DNA from: Candidatus Pacearchaeota archaeon
Lineage (GTDB): Archaea > Nanobdellota > Nanobdellia > Pacearchaeales > JAPDKA01
Length of the DNA stretch: 64,000 nucleotides
Reading direction: 5' to 3'
Assembly (NCBI GenBank): GCA_038840695.1
Contig: JAWBVE010000001.1
Location: 44,896-108,895 of the forward strand
This document shows positions 45,258 through 54,555 of this stretch, in pieces. The stretch's first letter is position 1, and each line of letters opens with the position of its first letter. The notes beneath the pieces are model-generated. The model saw only the letters and a program-made list of their open reading frames with translations, did no database searches and was not told where the DNA came from. The translations under genes and the position numbers were made by a program.

Positions 45258-45473
45258 TTTACATCACCTATATTTATAACATAATTAATAGTTTAAAAAG
45301 TTTATAAATTTATCAACTTCAACGCAAGAGCTAATCCAAATATAGCAGCAATAATGAGCAGATATACGCTACAAACACTAGGTTCAATCTTGCATATTAG
45401 CTGTGAGATTATTATAGCAATTTCAATCCAAACTCTTCTTCACTAATTTAAATAAACTTACCAAATATTTAAT

Positions 45474-46295
45474 TCAATTTACGTTAAATACATAAAAAAG
45501 TTCTTCTCCCTTTTTTATTTTTTCATATCCTATCTTGTTTTCATTGAGCAGGTTTTCAAACCAGGCTCTTTCCATCAGATGCCTTTTTCCTCCAAGACTT
45601 CGCAAAGAGAAACTAACAATTTTAGTGCCCCCCAGCATTAAAATTTTCTTGCTAAATCCTGGCTCAATGGCTTCGAGCGCATCTAGAACTTTTAGAAAAA
45701 GATAAATTGTTTTGCTTTCTTTAAATTTTGTGAAATCAATTGATGAAATATCAGCATTGATTATTTTTGCATTTATTTTCTTTTTCTCTGCGAATTTCTC
45801 GAGAAGTTCTGTTATGTATCCATCAATATCATAGCCAACATAGCTACATTGAGAAAAATCAAAACCATACTTATAAAGCCCAAGCAAATTAAAACCACAA
45901 CCAAAGTCAATAATTTGTGTTGGTTTTGTCTTTGCCAAGAACTCAATAAGCCAAGGATAGCCTTTTTCTCTTTCTCTTGCGGCAAAATTAGCCTTTATTA
46001 CAGCATCAATAATTTCATCCTTATCAATATTATCCAAAAAAAATTTAAATTTTTTATAGAATTTTGGCTGCATTGGTGTTAGGATTTTTCGCAAAAATTT
46101 TCGAACTGCTTTAATATAATCTTTAATATTCTTGTCTTTTCTCTCAAACCTCTCAAACTTTTGCACAATCTTTAAAGCAATCTTCAAAACAAAGGCCCTG
46201 TTAAGCTTTCTAAATTCTGGTTTTTTACAAATTTCTTCAATCTCTTCTTCAATAAGCTCTTTTTCCTGTTTTTTCCCTTCAAGCTTTTCTTTCAT
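45474..46295 (-). CDS. FmrO (Arm/Rmt)-family 16S rRNA (guanine1405-N7)-methyltransferase homologue
   Basis: IIDFGCGFNLLGLYKYG...YVGYDIDGYITELL...IYLFLKVLDALE...KIVSFSLRSLGGKRHLME...EELFYVF is collinear with ArmA motifs as I recall them: ILDFGCGFNPLALY / YHAYDID / VVFLLKMLPVL / FVISFPIKSLSGKEKGM / NELVYI. Confidence 0.65.
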   Translation of the reverse strand: MKEKLEGKKQEKELIEEEIEEICKKPEFRKLNRAFVLKIALKIVQKFERFERKDKNIKDYIKAVRKFLRKILTPMQPKFYKKFKFFLDNIDKDEIIDAVIKANFAAREREKGYPWLIEFLAKTKPTQIIDFGCGFNLLGLYKYGFDFSQCSYVGYDIDGYITELLEKFAEKKKINAKIINADISSIDFTKFKESKTIYLFLKVLDALEAIEPGFSKKILMLGGTKIVSFSLRSLGGKRHLMERAWFENLLNENKIGYEKIKKGEELFYVFNVN

Positions 46296-46301
46296 TCTTT
46301 T

Positions 46302-46829
46302 TTACTTGCTTTTTTGCTTGCCCCAAGCAACGATGCCAAGTAGCACAAGGAAAACAAGGTTTAAGATTGGAAATGGATAAAAGATTGCCCACCAACCAGG
46401 CCTTCCTAAAAGCTTAAATGTTTTCCAAAGCCAGATGACAGAATAAATGCAAAGTAATATGTAGCTAATGCCAGCAATTAAAATTAAAACTAACGTTGCC
46501 TCGAATGATATTATTAAAAGAAGTGGAAGAAATGAAGAAAATAGAGCAAGAGAAATAACTAATGGAATAAACAATAAGAGTGGCCACCAGTGCATTTTTG
46601 CAAGCTGAGAAGCAATCAAGAGCGGCCCTATTCCAGGAATCCAGGCTATGCCAGGCCACTTATACTTTCCTTTCTTTGCTATCGCCATGAATGCAAAAGA
46701 AATATAGATATAGAGAGCTATGGTTAAGATAATAAGGAGAAAAGTCACTAGCATCATAACAACTAACATTTTAGAAAGCATTTCTAACCCTAACACTGCC
46801 ATTGCTTCTGCAGCTTCTTTAGCCATCAA
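46302..46829 (-). CDS. Polytopic membrane protein (DUF5684-like repeats)
   Basis: 175 aa with 4-5 TM segments. Two motifs, KKGKYKWPGIAWIPGIGPLL and LLGRPGWWAIFYPFPILNLV, resemble the K.G.PGW...IP family. Confidence 0.45.
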   Translation of the reverse strand: MMAKEAAEAMAVLGLEMLSKMLVVMMLVTFLLIILTIALYIYISFAFMAIAKKGKYKWPGIAWIPGIGPLLIASQLAKMHWWPLLLFIPLVISLALFSSFLPLLLIISFEATLVLILIAGISYILLCIYSVIWLWKTFKLLGRPGWWAIFYPFPILNLVFLVLLGIVAWGKQKSK

Positions 46830-46936
46830 ACCTTACTGCCTGGAGCTTTTTAAATAATTACTTTTAACTAGTCTTCTTTCTGTTTCTCTAAAGTAGTAGC
46901 AAAAAAACTTTTTAAATCTTAAAATCAGCTTATATT

Positions 46937-49063
46937 ATGAAAATCCAGATTAAGGCTGAAGAGCATAGAGGAGAGGATGATTTCATAGTAGATAAATCAC
47001 TTGGCCTATTTGCTGTTTTTGATGGCGTGCATAATTGGCGAGGATATTTTCCAGCGAGCATTGTAAAAAAGCGAATTCTTGAAAGATATGATGGCGATCC
47101 ATCCAAGCTAGAAAGCATTTTGCTTGATTCAGATAAAGAGTTAAAAGAGTATGGCATAGCTACGACTGCAGCTATTGTTGCTTTGCACGATGACATTATG
47201 CATGTCTTCTCAGCTGGCGATTCTGTAGTTTATTTAGTAAGGAAAGATAAGGGCGAATATAAGATAGAGAAAATTACTGAGGAAGATAATGCTTACTATG
47301 AATTTATTAGGAATGGCAAGGAGCAAGAAGCAAAAGCAAGAAAACAAATTCTTGAAAGAACTTTGACTAATGGAATAGGAATTCTTAAAGAAGAGAAAAT
47401 AAAGTATAAGCAAATAAAAATAGAGCCTGAAATGAAAATTATTCTTGCTACGGATGGAGTAACGAGATATGTTGGCAATGAGCTTCTACAATCTGTTGCG
47501 ATTGGTGATACAAGCCCAGAGCAGTTATTCTATGCTATAAAAGAAAAAGAAAGTAAAGAAGGGAGCAAAGATGATAAAACCTTAGTTATTGTTGACTTTG
47601 AAAATTACAAGCCAAAAAAGCTCGAAATTCCTGAAGTTCCGAAAAAAGAACAAAAAGCGAGTATTTCTTCTCTCCTTGAAGAAGCTGAAAAAATAATGCG
47701 AATAAGTGAAGATGACGAGCTGCCTTGCTTTATTGCTGGCAAAAAAGACCGAGCAATCGAGAGCTTATGCGAGGAGGAAAGTGGGGAAGAAGCTGAAGAA
47801 GGGGCTGAAGAGGGGGCTGAGGAGGAAGGATATGGGTATGAGTTCAGGGGGGATGTAGAGATAGAGGCAGAGGCAGAAATTTGTGCAGGAAAAAAGAAAA
47901 GAAAAGAAGATGAAGAGGATGAGTATCTTTTAGAAGAAGCTATATTAAAATCAGAGCAAGCAAAGCTAAAGCAAGTGCCACAAGTGCCAGAAGACACAGT
48001 AGCTAAAATATTGAGTATATTGGGCATATCAAAGGATGGAGTGCATAGAGAAGAAGGAGAAATGGAAGAAATTGGTGAAGGTGAAGAAACTAGCAGGAGT
48101 GATCGGGATCGAGCATCAAATCAAAGCCACGAAAAGCCTTGGAAGAAATTTGTAAAGACAATAGCTCTTACTTTAGCTATTGCAGCTTCTGGTGCTTTAA
48201 GTATTCTTGGCACGAGCAAAATTTACAGGAGTTGTACAAAAATGCAAACAATCAAGCCTATACCCACACAAATCTATCAAGTTCCTCCAGTCACTCAAGA
48301 AATTTCGCAAGTAACAGTAACTCAGACTCATCCTTCTCAAACTCAAGAGCCGCAAATTTATTCGCTAATAAAAAATGCAAGGAAAAGAGTATGGCTTGAT
48401 AACAATACAAAGAAGCCTGATGGCAATGAGCTTGAGTTAAAAGTTATTGGTGATGCATGGGACATTTCTGGGATGCAGGGCGTTAAGTTTGATGAACTTT
48501 ATCTTTTGCTAACTTTTGAAGATGGTAAAAAAACTGTTTTTAAGTTTGATGAAAAGGGGAAGACAAAAGGCTATATTACAGATGGCAAGCCTAACTCAAA
48601 CATAAAAACTGCTGAAGTTGTTTCATTGTCTAAAACATCAAAAGGCAGGCTTTTGAATGTTTATGCAACGTATGTAAAGGAAAAAAGTGAAGGAAAGAGT
48701 GAAGGAAAGAGTGAAGAAAAGAGCAGAGAAAGTAAAAGCAAATCAAGCGCCGGCTATGGTGGCTATAGTTATGGCTTATCAAAGCTTAATACGCTTAATG
48801 CAGGCCTCTTCGAAATTGATACAAAAAAGCTGGCCCGTGCTTATGAGAAAGATAAAATAAGCAAGATAAGCCACAACACAATAAGCTACAATACAATTGT
48901 TGATATTTATTTAAATCATAGCGTTGAGGATGCAAGGCAATATTTATCAGAGCTGCTTGGCTATGAGATATCTAAAAAGCACTTTTATGCTTTACTCGAT
49001 GAGTATTTTGGTGGTATAAGAAAAAAGCCAAGAAAACAAAGAGAGCCTATAATCAAAGCCTAA
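46937..49063 (+). CDS. PP2C (PPM) Ser/Thr phosphatase fused to acidic linker, TM helix and large extracytoplasmic domain
   Basis: PP2C motifs FAVFDGVHNWRG, TTAAIVAL, VFSAGDSVVYLV, ILATDGVTRYV, DDKTLVIVDF. Then E-rich stretch (EEAEEGAEEGAEEEG), TM segment IALTLAIAASGALSILG, and a ~280-aa C-terminal domain with a (KSEG)n stretch. Confidence 0.75.
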   Translation: MKIQIKAEEHRGEDDFIVDKSLGLFAVFDGVHNWRGYFPASIVKKRILERYDGDPSKLESILLDSDKELKEYGIATTAAIVALHDDIMHVFSAGDSVVYLVRKDKGEYKIEKITEEDNAYYEFIRNGKEQEAKARKQILERTLTNGIGILKEEKIKYKQIKIEPEMKIILATDGVTRYVGNELLQSVAIGDTSPEQLFYAIKEKESKEGSKDDKTLVIVDFENYKPKKLEIPEVPKKEQKASISSLLEEAEKIMRISEDDELPCFIAGKKDRAIESLCEEESGEEAEEGAEEGAEEEGYGYEFRGDVEIEAEAEICAGKKKRKEDEEDEYLLEEAILKSEQAKLKQVPQVPEDTVAKILSILGISKDGVHREEGEMEEIGEGEETSRSDRDRASNQSHEKPWKKFVKTIALTLAIAASGALSILGTSKIYRSCTKMQTIKPIPTQIYQVPPVTQEISQVTVTQTHPSQTQEPQIYSLIKNARKRVWLDNNTKKPDGNELELKVIGDAWDISGMQGVKFDELYLLLTFEDGKKTVFKFDEKGKTKGYITDGKPNSNIKTAEVVSLSKTSKGRLLNVYATYVKEKSEGKSEGKSEEKSRESKSKSSAGYGGYSYGLSKLNTLNAGLFEIDTKKLARAYEKDKISKISHNTISYNTIVDIYLNHSVEDARQYLSELLGYEISKKHFYALLDEYFGGIRKKPRKQREPIIKA

Positions 49064-49090
49064 GCTAATCTTGAGCTAATTTAAGCTAAA

Positions 49091-49771
49091 ATGAAGCCTA
49101 AAAAAATTAATGTGCATTACTTTGACAGCAAGTCAGAGCGCATGTACTATGTGCTAGGGGCCTTTTATGGCTGTTGCACTATTTCTGAAAGCAAGAGGCT
49201 AACATTCAGATCAAGGCATTACGAACTTGTTGAAATAGTTAAAAAAGAACTGGAATCTGAGTATGAGATAGTTGCTGATTCTAGAGGCAAGAGCTCCTAT
49301 TTCTTTTCACTTGATTACAATGAGCATTGCTCACCACTATATCATAAGCTTAATGAATTGGGCTTAAAGCCTAAAAAATCAGAAAGGAAATTTCCAAAGA
49401 TTGAAGAAAGCTATTTAAGTCATTTTGTTAGAGGTTTCTTTGATGCAAGAGCAAATCCTCATTTTTATAAAAATAAATTTTGTATAACTCTAACCTTCAA
49501 TCATAAATTTTTAAGCTCACTAAAAAATATTTTTGAGCAAGAAGGAGTTTCTTTTAAGTTGCATAAAGATTATTTTACTTTACAAAAATATGGCGGTGCA
49601 ATTTATGACAATGTTAGTAAAATAAGAGCTTTTCTTTATGAAGGCAACAGCGAAAATTTGCTTTATCTAAAAGAAAAGAAAGAGCTCTATGATAGAGCTA
49701 TTTATTATGGATTAAACTTAAAAGAAAAAAGAAAAAAAGAAAAAACTTTTAAAGTTGGTTTAACTGATTAA
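49091..49771 (+). CDS. Free-standing double-motif LAGLIDADG-fold protein with degenerate catalytic residues
   Basis: Motif 1 is YYVLGAFYGCCTI and motif 2 is LSHFVRGFFDARANP. Each is followed by the beta-sheet/helix pattern typical of homing endonucleases. The acidic residue at the catalytic position is replaced in both motifs (C and R). Confidence 0.45.
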   Translation: MKPKKINVHYFDSKSERMYYVLGAFYGCCTISESKRLTFRSRHYELVEIVKKELESEYEIVADSRGKSSYFFSLDYNEHCSPLYHKLNELGLKPKKSERKFPKIEESYLSHFVRGFFDARANPHFYKNKFCITLTFNHKFLSSLKNIFEQEGVSFKLHKDYFTLQKYGGAIYDNVSKIRAFLYEGNSENLLYLKEKKELYDRAIYYGLNLKEKRKKEKTFKVGLTD

Positions 49772-49775
49772 TGAA

Positions 49776-52043
49776 ATGAAAGGCAAGAGTGGTAGGGGGG
49801 GCAAGAGTGGCAGATCCGGCAAGGGCAAGTTCTTGAGTTTGGCATCTATGTTATTTTCAATGCCTTTTCTTTTTGGTTGTGGGAAAGGTATAAATCTAGA
49901 AGGAAGGCTCGAGCGAGTGATTAGAGGAAAAGCGGTTGTAGTGAGAGATGGTCAGCTTATTCCTGAAAGAGTTAAGATATGTAATCCTGGCGATGATTTA
50001 TTCTCATGTGATGCTGAAAGCATTACTTATTCAAGCTATAATGGAGACTTTGAGTTAAAAACAAAGTCAGACAAGCTTTTGATTTTTGAAAAAAGCGATG
50101 AATTGCCAGATGGCTATGAAAAAGTCAAGGCCAAAGCAAAAGAGACAGATATCGGAAAAGTAGAAATTGAATGTAAAAAGAAGAAAGATTTTAATTGTTT
50201 TATTGCTCTTGACAAGCAAAATTATTGCAGTGGCGAGAGCATGGGAATAGAAGTAACATGTAAAAATAATGCCGCTACCCCCTATAACTTAGAAATAAGA
50301 TTTGTAAATGAGAAGGATAAATTGATTTATGATAAAATAGGGAAATCTGGCCCTGTTACGAGTTGGGAAACCACTTATTTGATTCCATTAACATGGCCAT
50401 TAACAAATAGCCGGGAAGGAGCTGATTGGAAAGCATATCTTTATAGCATCTCAGAAAAATATGGTGAAAGTTATGAAGACAAAGATAATTTTAATTTGTT
50501 AGATATCTGCAGTACGCCGCCAGATCAACTAAGTCTTGCGATTGTGATTGAAAATGGCAAAGGTTTTGTCAATTATAGAGATGTTAATGTAAGCTATATT
50601 CCGAGTTCAGAGGCTGAACAGCTTGCAAGATGTGTTACTGAAGGCGAATGCGTGCCAACAAGCTATGAGCAGTTCAGAGATAATGAAGTAATAAGCCTGC
50701 CTGGAGGCTCTGGAGAGAAAAGGGTTTATGGAAAGGCGAAGAAAGCAGAAACAGAAAGTGATATCGCGAGCGACAGCATTATTCTTGATGTTGATGCTCC
50801 AACAGTTCAAATAAATGCAAGGCAAGAGAATCTTGATAATGGAGATGTTGCAAACGACGTGCTTGCTGAAATTTGCATTAGCGATAATTACGGCATTGAA
50901 AGTGCAGAAGCAAGCCTGTATGGGCCAGGCAACGAGCTCATACAAAAATCGCCTCTTGAGCTTATTCCTGACCAAAGCTGCGCAAAGCAAGGAGAAATTG
51001 GCTACAAAGCAAGCATCAATTTTAACAACATGCCAGAAGGCGGGGATTATACAATAGTTGTAGATGCTAAAGATCTTGCAACAAACAAGGGAAGTAACCA
51101 GGCAACCTCGCTTCTTGACCTCACACCTCCAGCAATCGCACTTAATGTTTTGGATCATCTATTGAAGACATATGTGATATACCCCCCACAGTCAAGTAGC
51201 CCAACCACAGATGCAGAAACTCAAAAAGGCCTCGATGGTAGCGAATTCAGATATGCTCATAAATATGCTAATGGACAACAAAGCTGTGACTCAGCAGGAA
51301 ATTGCTATGATGGAAAGCTTGACATAAAAATTGAGGCTAGTGATGAGTCTGGCCTGGAAAAGATTGTGGTTGATTGGGGTGATGGGAGCATTGAGGAGTT
51401 TCCTGGAAACATAACAAGAGCAAGTCATGCTTATGCAAGAAATTCAATGGAGGAGACAGGTGATTATTCAATCAAGGCAAAAGCTTGTGATGTCTTTAAC
51501 AATTGCTCTGAGTCTGGGCCTAAAAAAGTTAAAATCGTTATGACACAGGAAGATGCTGACCTAGCTTTCTGGAGCAATGTGTATCCAAGTGTGCCAGGCC
51601 TTTCCGTTATGGAAATGTATGGCTATGATTGTGACAAAGCAATTAAGGCAGGTTATACAGATAGATGTATTCAACTAGATGATTCTTGGAGGAGAGTAAA
51701 TATGAGTAGCTTGGGCGCAGATTTTGTAAATGATTTTTATCAACCAGGGCAAAAGGTTGGGCATGTTTATATAACTCCGGAAAAACATGATCATGTTGGC
51801 GATAATAATTATAATTATGCTTCTTATTGCATTGCTAATGTTCCTTCGGAAAGTGGACTTGCAAATTGTGAAATTGCTACCGGACTAAATGTATGGTACA
51901 GAGCACGAGGTCCCCCACATCCTATTCCCATCATACCGACTGACTACGGAACCTTTACTTCAAGAAATTGTAACCTTCCAGCTGATGGCTACGAGAAATT
52001 GTATTGTGCTTATAAATTTGAGGACGATCGAGGAGACTTTTAA
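49776..52043 (+). CDS. Secreted lipoprotein-like protein with PKD domain
   Basis: G/K/S-rich N-terminus, then lipobox-like FLFGC. PKD signature KIVVDWGDGSIEEFPGNITRASHAYARN...GDYSIKAKACDVFNNCSE. 755 aa. Confidence 0.65.
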   Translation: MKGKSGRGGKSGRSGKGKFLSLASMLFSMPFLFGCGKGINLEGRLERVIRGKAVVVRDGQLIPERVKICNPGDDLFSCDAESITYSSYNGDFELKTKSDKLLIFEKSDELPDGYEKVKAKAKETDIGKVEIECKKKKDFNCFIALDKQNYCSGESMGIEVTCKNNAATPYNLEIRFVNEKDKLIYDKIGKSGPVTSWETTYLIPLTWPLTNSREGADWKAYLYSISEKYGESYEDKDNFNLLDICSTPPDQLSLAIVIENGKGFVNYRDVNVSYIPSSEAEQLARCVTEGECVPTSYEQFRDNEVISLPGGSGEKRVYGKAKKAETESDIASDSIILDVDAPTVQINARQENLDNGDVANDVLAEICISDNYGIESAEASLYGPGNELIQKSPLELIPDQSCAKQGEIGYKASINFNNMPEGGDYTIVVDAKDLATNKGSNQATSLLDLTPPAIALNVLDHLLKTYVIYPPQSSSPTTDAETQKGLDGSEFRYAHKYANGQQSCDSAGNCYDGKLDIKIEASDESGLEKIVVDWGDGSIEEFPGNITRASHAYARNSMEETGDYSIKAKACDVFNNCSESGPKKVKIVMTQEDADLAFWSNVYPSVPGLSVMEMYGYDCDKAIKAGYTDRCIQLDDSWRRVNMSSLGADFVNDFYQPGQKVGHVYITPEKHDHVGDNNYNYASYCIANVPSESGLANCEIATGLNVWYRARGPPHPIPIIPTDYGTFTSRNCNLPADGYEKLYCAYKFEDDRGDF

Positions 52044-52095
52044 TCCAAAAATTTTATAAGCCTCTATTTTTTATTTGTTAATAAGCTGATTTGAA

Positions 52096-54555
52096 ATGAT
52101 AAAAAAAGAGGAAAAAAATATCGATAGGCCAATTATAGCAGCATTATTTTTCCTTTTTTTATTTTTTCTATTGCTTATAATTTTGTTTATTAAAAGTAAG
52201 ATTAGTATAACCATATCTAGCATAAATGTGCAACAAGAACAGAATTGCAATTATGCTGGAGGTGATTGGATAATAAGTGACACAAACGTTATTTGTGAAA
52301 ATAGAGAAATAAACATTGATGGAAATTTGATTATTAATGGCACAAGCGAAGCAACTTTTAACAATGTCACTCTTTTTATTGCTAATTCCCTATTTTTAGA
52401 AGACAATGCAAAACTTGTTTTGAATGGAAGTGAGCTGAGCTTGAATATCAGCGATCCGAACCCATTGGAATTCAATATTTCTACAGGAGTTAATACTAAT
52501 CTTACTTTTTTTTATTCTTCTATAAAAAATAACGCTTCTGGAAATTATAAAATAAATATTTCAGGTTATTTTAATCTAATAAATAGCAATACATCAAACC
52601 AGACAGAATTAGAGTTTTTTGGAGATAAAGAGGTATATTTAATAAATTCAATAATTAGCTCGAGGGCTGTTAGGTTTGATGCCGCACGAACTGGCAAAGT
52701 TGTTGCTGATAATATTATATTCAATAGCCCGTGTCAATCATCAACTGAGACCTTTGATGTTGAGCAGAATGGTTCACTCATAATAAGCAATTCTATTTTT
52801 TATTGTACTTTAGAAACAAACGAATATGCTAATCTAACTATTGAAAATTCAAATTTCAATAACATTTCATATTTTAAAATGCAATCCTATGCTGAAATCA
52901 GAAACAGCAATTTTGATAGCTTGGACTTAACTTCTATACCAATACTAAACTTCACTACTCTTTCGAATATAACGAATAAAGTAGTTTTATCTTCAGTTAT
53001 TCCAGGAGGAGATGAGCCAAGACTTTATGGTAACATCACGATGCCACCAACAATTACATGGAATCCTGGCTCTGACAGGCTTATTCGTTATTACCCAATC
53101 TACCTTCGCGACCAATTTGGAAGGCCTCTCAGAGGCTGGCATGTTAACATAACAAGAAACAGTGATGGAGCATTAATAAGTAATGGCACGACTGATGCTA
53201 ATGGCAGAGTTGAACTTAACATAACATTTAATGCAAGTAATTATGCCGCAGGCAATTTCACTCTTGCTTGGAATGGCACAGCAGACATAAACTTGCTTAA
53301 TAATACGCCAATCATCATAACAGAAATCCTTCCAGACAACGCCCCGCTAATAACTTTAAACTTGCCCCTAAACAATACACAATTCAATAATACGCAAGAC
53401 ATAAGCTTCAATTTTACTGCAAGCGATGATCATAATTTAACACTCATTTGTAGCATTTATCTTGATAATGTCTTGAATCAGACAAACAGTTCTGTACAAA
53501 ATAACACTCTGACAAATTTCTTAATTGAAGGCATTTCATATGGAAGCCATAGATGGCATATTAATTGTTCTGACGGAAGCCTGAGCAATGTAAGCGAGAC
53601 AAGGCTTTTTAGTATAGCTGACACACTTCCACCAATTTATAGCAATGATGCAGACAACTCATCAGGAAGCGTTGTTGAAGGAGCAATAGTTAATGTTGGT
53701 GTGTTGTGGCAGGATAATTATCAGCTAAGCAAAGCCATTTTCAGAACAAATCAATCTGGCTCATGGCAAAATGTCTCGCTCTGTGATTTGAGTGGAAATT
53801 TGGCATGGTGTAATGTTTCTATAAATACAAGTGGAGATGCTGGCAAGATAATTTGCTGGAATCAATGGGCCAATGATAGCTCTGGAAACATCAATGCGAG
53901 CATGCCTGAAAGCAGTCATTGCTTTGCTGTTAGTGCTAGTGGCTCTGGCGGCGGAGGGGGAGCAGGCGGCGGTGGCGGGGGAGGCAATTGTGTGCCGAAC
54001 TGGCAATGCCTTGCTTGGAGTGCCTGCGTTGATAATCAGCAAACAAAGTTATGCATTGATTTGAATGGTTGCGAGCAGAGCAAGATTGAAATAATTTTTT
54101 GTAATGATGAAAAGCTAAAGCTAGAAGGCTGTAGGCCGATATGGCAGTGTGAGCTTTGGGGACCTTGTGTTAATGGCTTTATGACAAGAAATTGTAATAT
54201 TTCAAATGGTGATGAGCTTTATGCATGCATCTACAATGTCTTGCCACCAAAATTAAAAAATCTAACAAAACAAGAAGTAATAGCTCTTGCTAACCAAGGC
54301 GAGCTCGAGAAGTATTTTGGCTATTATTGGAAAAAGCCTGAAACAAGAAAGAGTTGCGGCACAGCAGGAGGCATGCCAAATACAACCGAGCAGCAGCAAG
54401 TAATTGAGCAACAACCAAAGTTACAGCTTTGCGTCATGCCAAGAATCTTTTTTGTCCTGCTTATAGCTTTTTGTATTTTGTTTTTTGTGAAAATTATTTT
54501 ATTAGTAAAGCTAAATAAAGTTAAAAGACAATTGAAAGCTGAGCTTTTAAAATGA
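52096..54555 (+). CDS. Sequon-rich anchored surface protein sharing modules with the 2272-aa protein
   Basis: N-terminal TM segment and a beta-helix-like N-rich region. One copy of the ITLNLP..NNTQFNNTQD module (53338-53637). Poly-Gly SGSGGGGGAGGGGGGG, two Cys/Trp modules (WQCLAWSACVDNQQTKLC and WQCELWGPCVNGFMTRNC), and a C-terminal TM segment plus basic tail. Confidence 0.8.
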   Translation: MIKKEEKNIDRPIIAALFFLFLFFLLLIILFIKSKISITISSINVQQEQNCNYAGGDWIISDTNVICENREINIDGNLIINGTSEATFNNVTLFIANSLFLEDNAKLVLNGSELSLNISDPNPLEFNISTGVNTNLTFFYSSIKNNASGNYKINISGYFNLINSNTSNQTELEFFGDKEVYLINSIISSRAVRFDAARTGKVVADNIIFNSPCQSSTETFDVEQNGSLIISNSIFYCTLETNEYANLTIENSNFNNISYFKMQSYAEIRNSNFDSLDLTSIPILNFTTLSNITNKVVLSSVIPGGDEPRLYGNITMPPTITWNPGSDRLIRYYPIYLRDQFGRPLRGWHVNITRNSDGALISNGTTDANGRVELNITFNASNYAAGNFTLAWNGTADINLLNNTPIIITEILPDNAPLITLNLPLNNTQFNNTQDISFNFTASDDHNLTLICSIYLDNVLNQTNSSVQNNTLTNFLIEGISYGSHRWHINCSDGSLSNVSETRLFSIADTLPPIYSNDADNSSGSVVEGAIVNVGVLWQDNYQLSKAIFRTNQSGSWQNVSLCDLSGNLAWCNVSINTSGDAGKIICWNQWANDSSGNINASMPESSHCFAVSASGSGGGGGAGGGGGGGNCVPNWQCLAWSACVDNQQTKLCIDLNGCEQSKIEIIFCNDEKLKLEGCRPIWQCELWGPCVNGFMTRNCNISNGDELYACIYNVLPPKLKNLTKQEVIALANQGELEKYFGYYWKKPETRKSCGTAGGMPNTTEQQQVIEQQPKLQLCVMPRIFFVLLIAFCILFFVKIILLVKLNKVKRQLKAELLK
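53338..53637 (+). repeat. Third copy of the ITLNLP/GISYGSH module (inter-gene repeat)
   Basis: NAPLITLNLPLNNTQFNNTQDISFNFTASDDHNLTLICSIYLDNVLNQTNSSVQNNTLTNFLIEGISYGSHRWHINCSDGSLSNVSETRLFSIADT aligns residue-for-residue with 2312-2638 and 4412-4738 (minus strand). Confidence 0.8.

Noticed and set aside
36283-45473. I looked for direct repeats (att sites), tRNA fragments or an integrase flanking the defence operon. The string ATATTTAATT occurs on both sides.
   Set aside because: A 10-nt AT-only match is expected by chance in this composition. There is no integrase or transposase, and no convincing tRNA remnant (AGGTTCAATCTTGC is only a weak T-arm look-alike). No mobile-element call is made.
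45258-45473. A possible gene remnant with a TM-like frame (IAIIISQLICKIEPSVCSVYLLIIAAIFGLALALKLINL*) on the minus strand between the FmrO-like gene and the defence operon.
   Set aside because: It has no start codon, is very short, and rests on a single hand-translated frame. It could be chance in AT-rich DNA.
47605-48027. 140-aa minus-strand Ser-rich ORF.
   Set aside because: It is antisense to the acidic GAA/GAG-rich linker of the PP2C protein, whose complement (TTC/CTC) gives a stop-poor Ser/Phe/Leu frame.
50607-51158. 183-aa minus-strand ORF within the PKD lipoprotein gene.
   Set aside because: It is an antisense shadow ORF with Cys/Phe/Ile-rich nonsense-like sequence. The plus-strand frame carries the PKD signature.
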